A stretch of 64,000 nt of DNA from Anaerohalosphaeraceae bacterium (GTDB lineage Bacteria; Planctomycetota; Phycisphaerae; Sedimentisphaerales; Anaerohalosphaeraceae), in contig JBNRMN010000020.1 in the NCBI GenBank assembly GCA_050309605.1, positions 32,001 through 96,000 on the forward strand, given 5' to 3'. A program made the position numbers and the translations under genes. Below are positions 20,283 through 30,715 of the stretch, piece by piece (the stretch's first letter is position 1; the number at the start of each line of letters is the position of its first letter). The notes beneath the pieces are model-generated. The model ran no database searches. It worked only from the letters and a program-made list of their open reading frames with translations, and had not been told where the DNA came from.

Positions 20283-22167
20283 ATCCTAATTCCTCCGGCA
20301 GAAGTTCCTGCCAAATTCCACGTTCATCCACTTGCAACAATCCCAGATCGCGCTGCAATTCAAGCTCGGCGATTCGATAACTCACCGCCGCGGCGGTCAA
20401 CGCATTCTGGGCTGACAACAGCGCTTCCTGTGCTTCGAGAAAATCACGCATCTGCGCCCGTCCCGCCTCCAGAAACAGATTCACACTTCGGACCCGCTTT
20501 TCCGCAATAAGCACCGATTTGATCTGAATATACAAATTCTCACGGGTTTGGCGCATATTCCGAAGCGTATTTCGCAATGACAGCTTGATTTGGTCTTCCT
20601 GCCGCTGCACATTGCGAACATTGTTTTCCAGTGCGATCAGACTGTTGCGATACGCGACACGTTCTTGGGTACGTTCAAGCGGCAAATCGAGTGTTAATAG
20701 ACCTGAATACACGCCTTCATCCAATCGCAATTGCGCATCATCGCTTGCGGCACTGCCAACCGAACCGCGCCGAGATCCATAACCAGCCGACCCGAAGAGT
20801 GTCACTTCCGCTCTGAGCCTGTCGGCGGCAACAATGACTTTACGCTGGGCGTCATAGACTTGTTCCATGGCTTTTCGAAAGTCCAGTCGGTTATTCAAGG
20901 CAATCTGTGCCGCACGATCCATATCCAGTTCCCACGGCCCGGCGTCTTCCTGACTTGGCTCGTCCAGTTGAATCGGTGCATCAGCCGGTTGGGCGGGGCG
21001 ATCCTGCAACGCCTGATCTTCGGCCAAAAAGTTTTCGCGAAGCTGCTGCGTCGGCTCCACAATATATTGCAGATCATTCGGGTCCAACTCGACGTTTGCA
21101 TCCGGCGGCAGACCAAGCAGCGATTTGAATGAATCCAAAGCCCCTTGATACGACTCCATTGAACCGATCCATTGCTGCCTGGCGCGAAGCTCACTTTGAG
21201 CGGCCTGGTCCACCTCGATTTCCTGCAAGCGTCCCGCATCGGCCAGGCGTCGGCTTCGTCGGGCCGAGGCAATCACACTGCGGTAATTTTCACGTTGGTT
21301 GCGCACCTCGTCCAAGCTTCGCAACACCCTTAAGTAGCTGTCCGCCACATCGACCGCAAACTCCTTTTTGTATTGTTCGAAATCCCACATCGTATAAATC
21401 ACTTCGCGCTCGGCCTGCGTCAGGGATTCGGTGGCAATATGACGGCCCGCTCCCCGCAACAAGGGAACCGAGATTGACGTATCCGCTGCTAATCCCAGCG
21501 ACGATGCCCCGCCTCCCGTCAACAAATTCGCCAAATCAACGGCAATCCCCGCAGTCACCTGGCCGCCTTCGTATAAATTGCGCGTAACGTCAAGCGTGCC
21601 GGTTTGCACGGTGCCGCTGACGGTATTGTCGCCGGTGGTATCGGCCGAGATATTGCTTCGAACCTGTCCCTGAAAAATATTGCGAAATGCATTGCGTTCA
21701 ATATCCAGCGCCAAAGCGGCCTGAAAAACGCGCTCTTTTCGTTCCTGATAGACAAAACTGTTTCGCGCACCGATTTGCAGCGAATCGGTCAATGTTAATT
21801 TCAGCGGTTCGCCTTTGGTGACTTGAATAAACGCATCCTCAGATTCTTTTTGAGACGAAAGATAATCCTCATCCGGCCAATGCTCCACGGCCTCCAGACG
21901 ATCACTTCCCAGCGAGGCCGGCCCGGAGATCACCAAATCCTGTTCTTCGAGGAGTCGCCGCCTTAAAATGGTACTGGGACGATCAATGTCGATGGCCCCA
22001 TTGCGGCCCAGTGCTTCTTGATGTTTTTCGGCGATAATCTCCTCTGCCGTACGGTCGGCCTTGAGGCGATGCTCAGACGGACTCATGCACCCTGCCTGAA
22101 ATAACAGCGATACACAGGCAAATCCTATCAATAATATATCTCTCAAGCTCTTAATAAAGTACCTCAA
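20269..22167 (-). CDS. TolC-family outer membrane efflux lipoprotein
   Basis: Lipobox-like QAGC, two helical OEP-type repeats; first gene of the MFP/ABC operon; TTG start. Confidence 0.8.
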   Translation of the reverse strand: MRYFIKSLRDILLIGFACVSLLFQAGCMSPSEHRLKADRTAEEIIAEKHQEALGRNGAIDIDRPSTILRRRLLEEQDLVISGPASLGSDRLEAVEHWPDEDYLSSQKESEDAFIQVTKGEPLKLTLTDSLQIGARNSFVYQERKERVFQAALALDIERNAFRNIFQGQVRSNISADTTGDNTVSGTVQTGTLDVTRNLYEGGQVTAGIAVDLANLLTGGGASSLGLAADTSISVPLLRGAGRHIATESLTQAEREVIYTMWDFEQYKKEFAVDVADSYLRVLRSLDEVRNQRENYRSVIASARRSRRLADAGRLQEIEVDQAAQSELRARQQWIGSMESYQGALDSFKSLLGLPPDANVELDPNDLQYIVEPTQQLRENFLAEDQALQDRPAQPADAPIQLDEPSQEDAGPWELDMDRAAQIALNNRLDFRKAMEQVYDAQRKVIVAADRLRAEVTLFGSAGYGSRRGSVGSAASDDAQLRLDEGVYSGLLTLDLPLERTQERVAYRNSLIALENNVRNVQRQEDQIKLSLRNTLRNMRQTRENLYIQIKSVLIAEKRVRSVNLFLEAGRAQMRDFLEAQEALLSAQNALTAAAVSYRIAELELQRDLGLLQVDERGIWQELLPEELGYAQK

Positions 22168-22324
22168 GTTGTTCGTCCTATAGATTAATTATGCCGACAA
22201 TAATCCCTTAACTTTTTTGCTTTCAAGTATGATAATAGTCGATTTTCACTCGGTTTAAGTTACATCTATTTTGCAAAAAACCTTATTTTATTGTTTCATT
22301 GTTGTTGTTTTTTGTCCGTATTGT

Positions 22325-22972
22325 TTATCGCAGCAACTCAGGACGCCGGCGGCGCAGCCAATCGGGCAACTGCTCGCGTTTGACGTCCCGCCAAAGCCCC
22401 TTTCGTTTGGCGATGGCCGCCTCCATCAATTGAACATACGCATCGAATCGGCTGTGCGAAAAACGAAGGTCGGCATAGCCGTGACCGCTGCGAATGATTT
22501 CCTCATTCAGGACAACCTCATTCGGCAATTCAATGTATGCCAAAAGTCGGCCGTAACGGTCGCGTTCATCGGCAACGGTATCAAGCAACACCGTTACCTG
22601 CTGCCCATCAGCCAACCCGGCGGTAAACTTGGTCGCTTCGGGGCCGAAATACATCTGTCCGATTGCAGGATGATGCGTCTCAGGCGTATCCACCCCCAGC
22701 AAACGGACACGAGTAAAAACATCCTGTCCATCAGAAACACCAATATCCAGCGTGTCTCCATCAACAATATGAACAACTTCAAATACCTGCCGATGATAGC
22801 GTTTGCGATCATCGCTGGCCCAAGCGGCCGTCCGTATTGCCTGACGCATCGGCCGCAAAAACTGACGATCCAGAACCACGACAAAAGGCAGAACAAAAAA
22901 GAAAAATGTCGCCCAAAGGGCGTACTTCCGTCGTCGGCTCATCGCCATACGAAACGTTCTTCGGCGTGCCAT
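22325..22972 (-). CDS. Thermonuclease (SNase) family protein, membrane-anchored
   Basis: VDGDTL, VRLLGVDTPE, DRYGRLLAY and GLW motifs. Confidence 0.9.
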   Translation of the reverse strand: MARRRTFRMAMSRRRKYALWATFFFFVLPFVVVLDRQFLRPMRQAIRTAAWASDDRKRYHRQVFEVVHIVDGDTLDIGVSDGQDVFTRVRLLGVDTPETHHPAIGQMYFGPEATKFTAGLADGQQVTVLLDTVADERDRYGRLLAYIELPNEVVLNEEIIRSGHGYADLRFSHSRFDAYVQLMEAAIAKRKGLWRDVKREQLPDWLRRRRPELLR

Positions 22973-23005
22973 TGTCCTTACTTGCTCCGTCGCCGTTTTA
23001 GAGCA

Positions 23006-24241
23006 TCAGGCCTGACGTTCGGCGGCGGGTTTATCCAGCTCAAAGGCGTCGCACACCGCGATGAGCGCTTTTTCCCCCTGATCCAGATCGACCAGACAAC
23101 TGATTCGGATTTCGCTGGTGGTGATCGAATCAATATTGATTTGTTTTTCAGCCAGTGCCGAGAACATCTTTTCGGCCACGCCGTAATGCGACTGCATCCC
23201 AACACCGATGATAGACACCCCGGCCACATCTTCACGCACAATAACCGATTGACAATGCACCATAGTACGAATATCGGCGATTGCCTGACGCGCCACATCC
23301 AAATCGGCGTGCGAAACGGTAAATGACAGATTCGCTTTGTCAGGGCTGACTTCCGTCTGGATAATATCGTTGACGCTGACGCGCTTGACCGCCAGATGGG
23401 TAAAGATCTTGGCCGCATTGCCGGGCTTGTGGTCCACGCCGATCAGAGTGATCTTGGCCAGATCTTTTTGAATCGTTGCGCCGGAGACCAATATATGTTC
23501 CATTTCAGGCACCTCGTGAGTAATTAACGTTCCGGGATTATCATTCAAACTGCTGCGCACATAAATGGGCACATCAAATTTCTTTCCAACTTCAATGGAG
23601 CGTCCGTGCATAACACCGGCGCCGAGACTGGCCATCTCAAGAATCTCGTCATAACTGATCTTGTCGATTTTGACGGCCTTGTTGTAAATCCGCGGATCGG
23701 ACGTGTAAATACCGTCCACATCCGTATAGATATCGCATCGTTCAGCACCGAGGACAGCCGCCAGGGCCACGGCACTGGTATCGGAGCCGCCGCGTCCGAG
23801 TGTGGTAATATCGCCTACCTCGTTGATCCCCTGAAATCCGGCTACGGCCACAATATAGCCCTCGTTGAGCTTGTCGTGCACACGGTCGGCCTTAATCTCG
23901 AGGATGCGGGCTTTGGAATAGGTGTCGTCAGTAAAAAAACCGGCCTGCTGACCGGTAAAGCTGATCGCCTTTTGCCCCATACCCCACAGCGTAATCGCCA
24001 ATAACGAAACCGTTTGCTGCTCGCCGGTGGCCATCAACATATCCATTTCCCGTCGCGGCGGTGCAAGATTCAGTTCTTTGGCGTCGGCAATCAGCTCATC
24101 GGTCTGCTTGCCCCGCGCGGATGCCACGATGACCACCTGATAGCCCTGCTGATGTGCCCTCAGGGCGCGTTCGGCGGCGCGACGGATCTTTTCGGCGTTC
24201 GCCACCGAGGTGCCGCCGAATTTCTGTACCAATATTGCCAT
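23006..24241 (-). CDS. lysC: Aspartate kinase
   Basis: VQKFGGTSV, TLGRGGSDTSA, IYTDVDG and two ACT domains ending TSEIRISC. Confidence 0.95.
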   Translation of the reverse strand: MAILVQKFGGTSVANAEKIRRAAERALRAHQQGYQVVIVASARGKQTDELIADAKELNLAPPRREMDMLMATGEQQTVSLLAITLWGMGQKAISFTGQQAGFFTDDTYSKARILEIKADRVHDKLNEGYIVAVAGFQGINEVGDITTLGRGGSDTSAVALAAVLGAERCDIYTDVDGIYTSDPRIYNKAVKIDKISYDEILEMASLGAGVMHGRSIEVGKKFDVPIYVRSSLNDNPGTLITHEVPEMEHILVSGATIQKDLAKITLIGVDHKPGNAAKIFTHLAVKRVSVNDIIQTEVSPDKANLSFTVSHADLDVARQAIADIRTMVHCQSVIVREDVAGVSIIGVGMQSHYGVAEKMFSALAEKQINIDSITTSEIRISCLVDLDQGEKALIAVCDAFELDKPAAERQA

Positions 24242-24476
24242 TTTTATCCCTTTTGTCTGGAAAATCGCGCTGTACGACCCTGACGTTTCCGAATCACGAC
24301 ACGGCCTGAATTTCAGGTTAAATAACAAAAAAAAAGTGTTCTGTCAAACAGAATCCAGTATAAACCCGCCGCACAAACGCAAAAACTAACGTCAACACAT
24401 AACAGAAAGCATCCATCGAAAGAAACGCCCTTTGTCGGCTTTTTTCCTCCGATTTTGTTATTTCGCAAACCAGAAC

Positions 24477-24505
24477 TTGAACAGAACGCAGAATCGTTTT
24501 ATAGT
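24477..24505 (+). promoter_or_regulatory. Sigma70 promoter for rnd
   Basis: TTGAAC-N17-TATAGT. Confidence 0.55.
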
Positions 24506-24551
24506 GTAGCGTTAGTTAAGGACAAATGATGGCCAAAACAGATTATTTTGT

Positions 24552-25703
24552 ATGATGCGTGTGGATCCGGCACAGCGAACTTATGACCTTGTTGCAACTC
24601 CGCAAGCGATGCCTGTCCTGCTTGAGGCATTAAGCCGGGCCAAGCGCGTCGCCATTGACACGGAAGCAGACAGTTATCATCACTTTCATCACAAAATTTG
24701 CCTGATTCAAGTGGCAATGGGAGATCGTTGTTTTATTGTCGATCCGCTGGCAGAGCTGGATTTGAGCGAGATGCTGACCCTTCTGTCCGACAAGCCGTTA
24801 ATTTTTCACGATGCGGGGTATGATTTGCGGATGCTGCGGGCGGATCTTGGATTTCAGCCGAGTAATGAGATGTTTGACACAATGTTGGCGGCGCGCCTGA
24901 TCGGGCTGGAAAAATTCAGCCTGTCGGCCCTGCTGGAACAGATTTTGGGTATCCGGCTGTCCAAGCACAACCAGCGGGCCAACTGGGCCAAACGTCCGAT
25001 TGATGTTAGGCTGCTGGCCTATGCCGCCGAAGACATACGCTATTTGGAGCAGCTTACGAACTATTTGGCCGAGCGGCTGCATCGGCTGGGGCGTACCGAG
25101 TGGCATCGTGAATACTGCCAATGGACGATTGCCCAAAGTCAAGTCGTCAAAATCCCCGAAAATCCTGAAAAAGCCTGGCGTATTCGGGGCATTTCAGGGT
25201 TATCGCCGCGTCAATTGGCATTCGTGCGGGCGGTCTGGCAATGGCGACAAGCACAATCCGACCGCGCCGACTTGGCGCCGTTTCGGATTCTGCTCAATGA
25301 TCGCCTGATCGAACTGGCGTTATGGGCCGAACGCCAAAAACAAATCCTCCCCGATAAGCTGCCCCGTTTGCCGCGGCACTGCAAGGGCAACCGCCGCCGC
25401 GAACTGCTTGAGGCCTTGCAGCAGGCTCAACGACTGAGCAGCGACCAGTGGCCGCAGCCCCTGCTGAAGAACACCGGTCAACGCCCCGCCCCCGAAATTC
25501 TTGAAAAGGCAGAGCGTCTGCACACCCAATGCCGACGTATCGCCAAATCACTCGATTTGCCGACGTCGTTGATCGCGTCGCGCAAGGCTCTTCTGGCGGC
25601 GGTCAACACCCATGCCGACACCGAAGAAAAAATGCTTCGCATCGGCTGGATGCGCTGGCAGATTCGTTTGGTCCTGCCCGCCCTGCGGGACGTATTGGGT
25701 TGA
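24552..25703 (+). CDS. rnd: Ribonuclease D (DEDDy exonuclease + HRDC)
   Basis: AIDTE, CLIQV, FHDAGYDL, FDTMLAA, W.KRP and YAAED, followed by an HRDC domain. Confidence 0.9.
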   Translation: MMRVDPAQRTYDLVATPQAMPVLLEALSRAKRVAIDTEADSYHHFHHKICLIQVAMGDRCFIVDPLAELDLSEMLTLLSDKPLIFHDAGYDLRMLRADLGFQPSNEMFDTMLAARLIGLEKFSLSALLEQILGIRLSKHNQRANWAKRPIDVRLLAYAAEDIRYLEQLTNYLAERLHRLGRTEWHREYCQWTIAQSQVVKIPENPEKAWRIRGISGLSPRQLAFVRAVWQWRQAQSDRADLAPFRILLNDRLIELALWAERQKQILPDKLPRLPRHCKGNRRRELLEALQQAQRLSSDQWPQPLLKNTGQRPAPEILEKAERLHTQCRRIAKSLDLPTSLIASRKALLAAVNTHADTEEKMLRIGWMRWQIRLVLPALRDVLG

Positions 25704-25852
25704 CGGTTTAGGCCGTCTATCTGCTTTTTTCACCGGTTTACTGAAAAACCTTAGACGGTTCGGTCATTTCGGCGTAGAATGCGTTTATCAGGAATGGTAA
25801 GGCAACCAAAAGGTTGGAAGCTTCTCCGGCCGTTTTTGCAGGGATCGATGTG

Positions 25853-26629
25853 ATGAAGATAGCCACATTCAATGCCAACTCGATTCGCAGTCGGATTGAG
25901 CCGATGTGCCGCTGGCTGGACGCGAATCAGCCCGATGTGCTGGCTGTACAGGAAACCAAGGTGCAGGATGAGGATTTTCCCCAAGAGGCCTTCAACAGCA
26001 CCGGTTATCAGGTTATTTTCCACGGCCAGAAAAAATATAACGGCGTAGCGATGTTCAGTCGGATTGAACCGAAAAATGTCCGAAATCAATTGCCCGGCGA
26101 CACCGTCGGCCAGGCCCGCTTTCTACAGGCCGACTACGGCCCGATCACCGTGGTCAACACCTACATCCCCCAGGGGTTTGAGATGGGATCGGATAAATTC
26201 CGGTACAAACTGGAATGGTTCGAACTGTTGCGGCGGCACCTGGAAAAAGAGATTCAAAACAATCCCAAGCTCATCTGGCTGGGTGATTTTAATGCGGCCA
26301 GGCAGAATATCGACGTCCATGACCCGAAGGGGTTGTGGGGCAGCGTATGTTTCTGCAAAGAAGTACAAGACGCTCTGGAAAAGGTGCTGTCGCTGGGGCT
26401 GGTTGACGTGTTTCGATTGCACCATCCCGACCAGCCGGGCTGCTATACGTTTTGGGACTACCGGATTCCCAATGGATTCAAACGCAACCTTGGCTGGCGG
26501 ATCGACTATATCACCGCCACCGAGGCCCTGGCCAAACGCTGTGTTCGCTGCGAGATCGACACCGACGCCCGCAAAGCGGAAAAACCCAGCGACCATACTT
26601 ATTTATGGGCGGAATTTGAAACGTGTTGA
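25853..26629 (+). CDS. xth: Exodeoxyribonuclease III / AP endonuclease
   Basis: MKIATFNANSIR, QETK, YNGVA, GDFN, WDYR, GWRIDY and PSDH motifs. Confidence 0.95.
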   Translation: MKIATFNANSIRSRIEPMCRWLDANQPDVLAVQETKVQDEDFPQEAFNSTGYQVIFHGQKKYNGVAMFSRIEPKNVRNQLPGDTVGQARFLQADYGPITVVNTYIPQGFEMGSDKFRYKLEWFELLRRHLEKEIQNNPKLIWLGDFNAARQNIDVHDPKGLWGSVCFCKEVQDALEKVLSLGLVDVFRLHHPDQPGCYTFWDYRIPNGFKRNLGWRIDYITATEALAKRCVRCEIDTDARKAEKPSDHTYLWAEFETC

Positions 26630-26798
26630 TTCCGGTATAACCTGCCAAAGAAGTCTTGAATAATCTCCGGTTTGCGGTACAATTATTTTCAGAAGCATCG
26701 GCATCTGAACGAGACATAGAATTAGACAATACGGCGAATTTGAAAATTCGTGCTTTTTTTGGACTTTTTGACTCATTTTTATGATATCGAAACCATAG

Positions 26799-28340
26799 AT
26801 GACCCCATCCATTATCTCATACGAAGCATTCAGGCAACTGATTGCAGAGCGGTCGATGGCCTATCTGCGAGCGGTACTTTTTCTGGCACAACAAAAAAAA
26901 GGCCGGTCCGTCCTGACCCGTCCCTTGCTGGGCGAGTTGCTGTCGCACGCCTCGCAAATCGAGGAACTGCTGGATTCCTACGGCGCTCGAAACAACTGTC
27001 GGTGGGCGCGATTTCGTTTTCTCACCGCCTCGATCAAACTTTTTTCAAATATCAGTTACGAGCTTCTTCATATCCAGCACTCCCTGCCGCATTATCGATT
27101 GCTGCCTGTTCAACAGGACTTTGCCAAAAGTACCGAGCAAACGCTGCACATTACCGAACAGATCCTTCAACAGGCAACACGACTTCTGGCCGATGAGGCC
27201 AAACGGCTGAAACTGCCGCTTTCCGACATCACCATCTGCGACGATTTTTATGCCGAAAAACTTCCTCACGGCCGGCTTCCTCACGACCTGGCAATGCGCA
27301 AAATCGAAACCGTCTCCACCACGGTCTCTCTGTTGGCCACGGCATTCCTGAATTTGGCCGCGGAAAGTAAACAGGCGCTGCCAAAAAAACAGACTCCCCT
27401 GAATTCCGTTTTGTGTGATATGACCGGTCCGATCAGCGAAGAAAAACTCCGGTCGCTGGAGCTGCGGTTCCACAACTTGCAGTCGCTGTACGATACCTAC
27501 GTCTCGACGACCGAAACGGAAGTGCTTGACAAAGATTTGCCGATTCTGCGGGGACACATCAGTGTGGTGCTGCATTTGCTTCGGACATCGCGGGATTTTG
27601 CGCATTATTATGAACGACACGCCGGCCCGACGGCACAAAAAATCGCCCAGGGCCGAAAACAGCTTGTCGAACCGGAAAAACTGCTCGAACTGCTGTGCAA
27701 CTATTCAATTTACTTTGTCATCCAATACCTGACGTGCGCAGAATTGCTGTGCCAGAATATGCTGCGGCGCTATACAGAGATTGATCGGATCGAAGTGCGT
27801 GTGCCGCCGTACCGCGGTTTTCATGTGCGTCCTTCGACGCTGATTTCCAAACTGGTGCTGCATTATGGCAGCGAAGTCAAGATGCTGCTGGGCGACGAAG
27901 AATACGACGCCGGTTCGCCGCTGGAACTGTTTCGCGCCAATGAGAAAATCAACGCTGTCAAACGCCGCTCGCTGGCCCAGGAAATTCTGCAACTGAATCT
28001 TGTGCCGCCGAACGAAAAAACCGACGATGTCGCCGGCTTTATTCGCAAAGTCATTCTGACGCTGGCTGAACACAGTAAACTGTTTATCTATGAACACCCC
28101 CTCAAGATTGATGATAAGCCGGCTCAGCCGGGCGCCAACCTGCTGGAGCAGGTGACCGATGAGATCGCCCGGCTTCAGGTGACAGGAAAAATTGATATGA
28201 GCACCGATTTGAAAGTGGCGTTTGTCGGCGACAAGCGCGTGCTGTCAGACATTAAGCTGCTGGCCGAGAACGGCTACGGCGAGGACAACTTCGGCAACAA
28301 TATCCCCCTGCCTGAAGGACTGACCTATCTGCGTAAATAA
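26799..28340 (+). CDS. Large HPr-domain-containing protein of unknown function
   Basis: Internal RGFHVRPSTLI (HPr His15-like) and DAGSPLEL (Ser46-like) after about 330 aa of helical sequence. Confidence 0.75.
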   Translation: MTPSIISYEAFRQLIAERSMAYLRAVLFLAQQKKGRSVLTRPLLGELLSHASQIEELLDSYGARNNCRWARFRFLTASIKLFSNISYELLHIQHSLPHYRLLPVQQDFAKSTEQTLHITEQILQQATRLLADEAKRLKLPLSDITICDDFYAEKLPHGRLPHDLAMRKIETVSTTVSLLATAFLNLAAESKQALPKKQTPLNSVLCDMTGPISEEKLRSLELRFHNLQSLYDTYVSTTETEVLDKDLPILRGHISVVLHLLRTSRDFAHYYERHAGPTAQKIAQGRKQLVEPEKLLELLCNYSIYFVIQYLTCAELLCQNMLRRYTEIDRIEVRVPPYRGFHVRPSTLISKLVLHYGSEVKMLLGDEEYDAGSPLELFRANEKINAVKRRSLAQEILQLNLVPPNEKTDDVAGFIRKVILTLAEHSKLFIYEHPLKIDDKPAQPGANLLEQVTDEIARLQVTGKIDMSTDLKVAFVGDKRVLSDIKLLAENGYGEDNFGNNIPLPEGLTYLRK

Positions 28341-28369
28341 TCATTTCTGATGTAAGCAGGACAACGTTT

Positions 28370-30652
28370 ATGGAAACTACACTGATCAATCCGGATTATA
28401 TCACATCGATCGCCAAAGAACTGAACAGTCGCCCCGAACAGGTCCGGGCCGTTGCCGAACTGCTGGCCGAAGAGGCCACCGTGCCGTTTATCGCCCGCTA
28501 TCGCAAAGAGGCAACCGGCAGTCTGGATGAAGTGGCGATTACCCGGATTCGCGACCGGCTGATTCAGCTTGCCGAGCTGGCCCAGCGACGAGAGGCGATA
28601 CTCCATTCGCTTAATGAACGCGGGTTGCTGACTGAGGAGTTGAAAGATCAGATCGAGCAGGCCGCGACGATGACGGCGCTGGAAGATATTTATCTACCCT
28701 ACCGTCCCAAGCGCCGCACCCGTGCGACGATGGCGCGCGAAAAGGGACTGGAGCCGCTGGCGGAGATGTTGCTGGCTCAGCAGACAGACACCGATCCGCT
28801 TGCCGAGGCGGCGGCCTTTATTGACTCGGAAAAAGGCGTTGACGATGCGGCGGCCGCGCTGGCGGGAGCACGGGATATCATCGCCGAGACCATCAGCGAA
28901 GACAAAACCAGTCGGGAGAAGATCCGTCAATTATATCTGCACAAGGCCGTGTTTCACAGCAAAGTCATTGCCGGCAAGGAGGCTGAGGGCTTTAAGTATG
29001 AAAACTATTTTGACTGGCAGGAGCCGGCGGCAACCGCCCCGTCGCATCGCGTGCTGGCCATGCGACGCGGCGAAAAAGAAGGGGTTTTGACGCTGCGGGT
29101 GGTCGCGCCTGATGATGAGGCCCTGGATATTCTTCATCAGATGTTTATTCGCAGCCGGGGCGCATGCAGTGAACACGTTAAAGAGGCCATCGCCGACGGC
29201 TACAAGCGGCTGCTGGGTCCGTCGATGGAAACGGAGGTGCGTCTGGAGGCTAAAAAACGAGCCGACCAAGAGGCCATTCGTGTTTTTGCCGACAATCTGC
29301 GTCAGCTCCTGATGGCCTCGCCGCTCGGTCAAAAACGGGTACTGGGCATCGATCCGGGTTTTCGCACAGGCTGTAAAATTGCCTGGGTGGATCGACAGGG
29401 TAAACTGCTGGGGCACGATGTGATTTATCCGCACAACGGCCCGCAGGCCGCTGCGCAGGCCGCCGAGAAAATCAAGGCAATATGCAGCACCTTTGCGATC
29501 GAAGCCATCGCTGTAGGCAACGGCACGGCCGGGCGCGAGACCGAAACGTTTGTACGAGGCATCGGACTGGACCAAGCGATTTCCGTCGTGATGGTCAATG
29601 AAAGCGGCGCGTCGGTTTATTCGGCTTCGGACGCGGCGCGGGAAGAGTTTCCCGCTGAGGATTTGACCGTTCGGGGCACGGTGTCAATTGCCCGCCGACT
29701 GATGGATCCGCTGGCCGAACTGGTCAAGATTGATCCCAAATCCATCGGCGTCGGTCAGTATCAGCACGATGTGGATCAGCTCTTACTCAAACAGGGACTG
29801 GATGATGTGGTCGTCAGTTGCGTTAACGGCGTAGGGGTAGAGGTCAACACCGCCAGCAAGCAGTTGCTGACGTATGTGTCGGGGCTGGGACCGCAGTTGG
29901 CCCACAACATAGTGGCCTACCGCAATGAACACGGGCCGTTTCGTTCGCGCCGGGATTTGCTGAATGTGCCGCGGCTCGGCGCCAAGGCATTCGAACAGGC
30001 GGGCGGTTTTTTGCGGATTCGCGATGCCGACAATCCGCTCGACGCCAGCGCCGTTCACCCGGAAAGTTATCCGATCGTTGAACGGATGGCCTCGGATTTG
30101 AATTGCACCGTCAAGAACTTGATGACGTGTGCCGAATTGCGCAGTCAAATCAAGCCGCAGGCGTATATCACCGAAACCGTCGGCCTGCCGACGCTGAATG
30201 ATATCCTCGATGAACTGGCTCGTCCGGGACGCGATCCGCGCGAACAATTTGAGGCGTTTGCGTTTGCCGAAGGCGTTTCGACCATCGACGATTTAACCGT
30301 CGGGATGAAACTGCCGGGGATTGTCACCAACATCACAGCGTTCGGGGCGTTTGTGGATATCGGCGTACATCAGGACGGTCTGGTGCATATCAGCGAACTG
30401 GCCGACCGGTTCGTTAAAAATCCCGCCGACGTGGTCAAGGTTCACCAAAAGGTTACGGTTACCGTGATGGATGTGGATACAGCCAAACGCCGCATCAAAT
30501 TATCCATGAAAAAGGTTCCCGGCAGCAAACCGACCCCGAAACCGCGAGGCGAAAAACCAAAACACAAACCCAGACAACAACCCAAATCGAGCGACGCAGC
30601 ATCGAAAAAAACAGGTCGGCTCATCGACCAGTTGACACTGGGGATGAATTAA
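28370..30652 (+). CDS. tex: Tex family RNA-binding transcriptional accessory protein
   Basis: TVPFIARYRKEATGSLDE, GIDPGFRTGCK, SIGVGQYQHD and a C-terminal S1 domain. Confidence 0.95.
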   Translation: METTLINPDYITSIAKELNSRPEQVRAVAELLAEEATVPFIARYRKEATGSLDEVAITRIRDRLIQLAELAQRREAILHSLNERGLLTEELKDQIEQAATMTALEDIYLPYRPKRRTRATMAREKGLEPLAEMLLAQQTDTDPLAEAAAFIDSEKGVDDAAAALAGARDIIAETISEDKTSREKIRQLYLHKAVFHSKVIAGKEAEGFKYENYFDWQEPAATAPSHRVLAMRRGEKEGVLTLRVVAPDDEALDILHQMFIRSRGACSEHVKEAIADGYKRLLGPSMETEVRLEAKKRADQEAIRVFADNLRQLLMASPLGQKRVLGIDPGFRTGCKIAWVDRQGKLLGHDVIYPHNGPQAAAQAAEKIKAICSTFAIEAIAVGNGTAGRETETFVRGIGLDQAISVVMVNESGASVYSASDAAREEFPAEDLTVRGTVSIARRLMDPLAELVKIDPKSIGVGQYQHDVDQLLLKQGLDDVVVSCVNGVGVEVNTASKQLLTYVSGLGPQLAHNIVAYRNEHGPFRSRRDLLNVPRLGAKAFEQAGGFLRIRDADNPLDASAVHPESYPIVERMASDLNCTVKNLMTCAELRSQIKPQAYITETVGLPTLNDILDELARPGRDPREQFEAFAFAEGVSTIDDLTVGMKLPGIVTNITAFGAFVDIGVHQDGLVHISELADRFVKNPADVVKVHQKVTVTVMDVDTAKRRIKLSMKKVPGSKPTPKPRGEKPKHKPRQQPKSSDAASKKTGRLIDQLTLGMN

Positions 30653-30683
30653 AAAACGGGCAGACGCAACCGCCCGCCCGTTC
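30651..30683 (-). terminator. Intrinsic terminator of the Gld-like operon
   Basis: Minus strand AACGGGCGGGCG-GTTG-CGTCTGCCCG followed by TTTTTT. Confidence 0.65.
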
Positions 30684-30715
30684 AGGGTCTATCGGCTGAC
30701 AATCCGTCTTGAAAA

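Noticed and set aside
24242..24470. Lysine riboswitch upstream of lysC
   Set aside because: No recognisable L-box core or expression platform.
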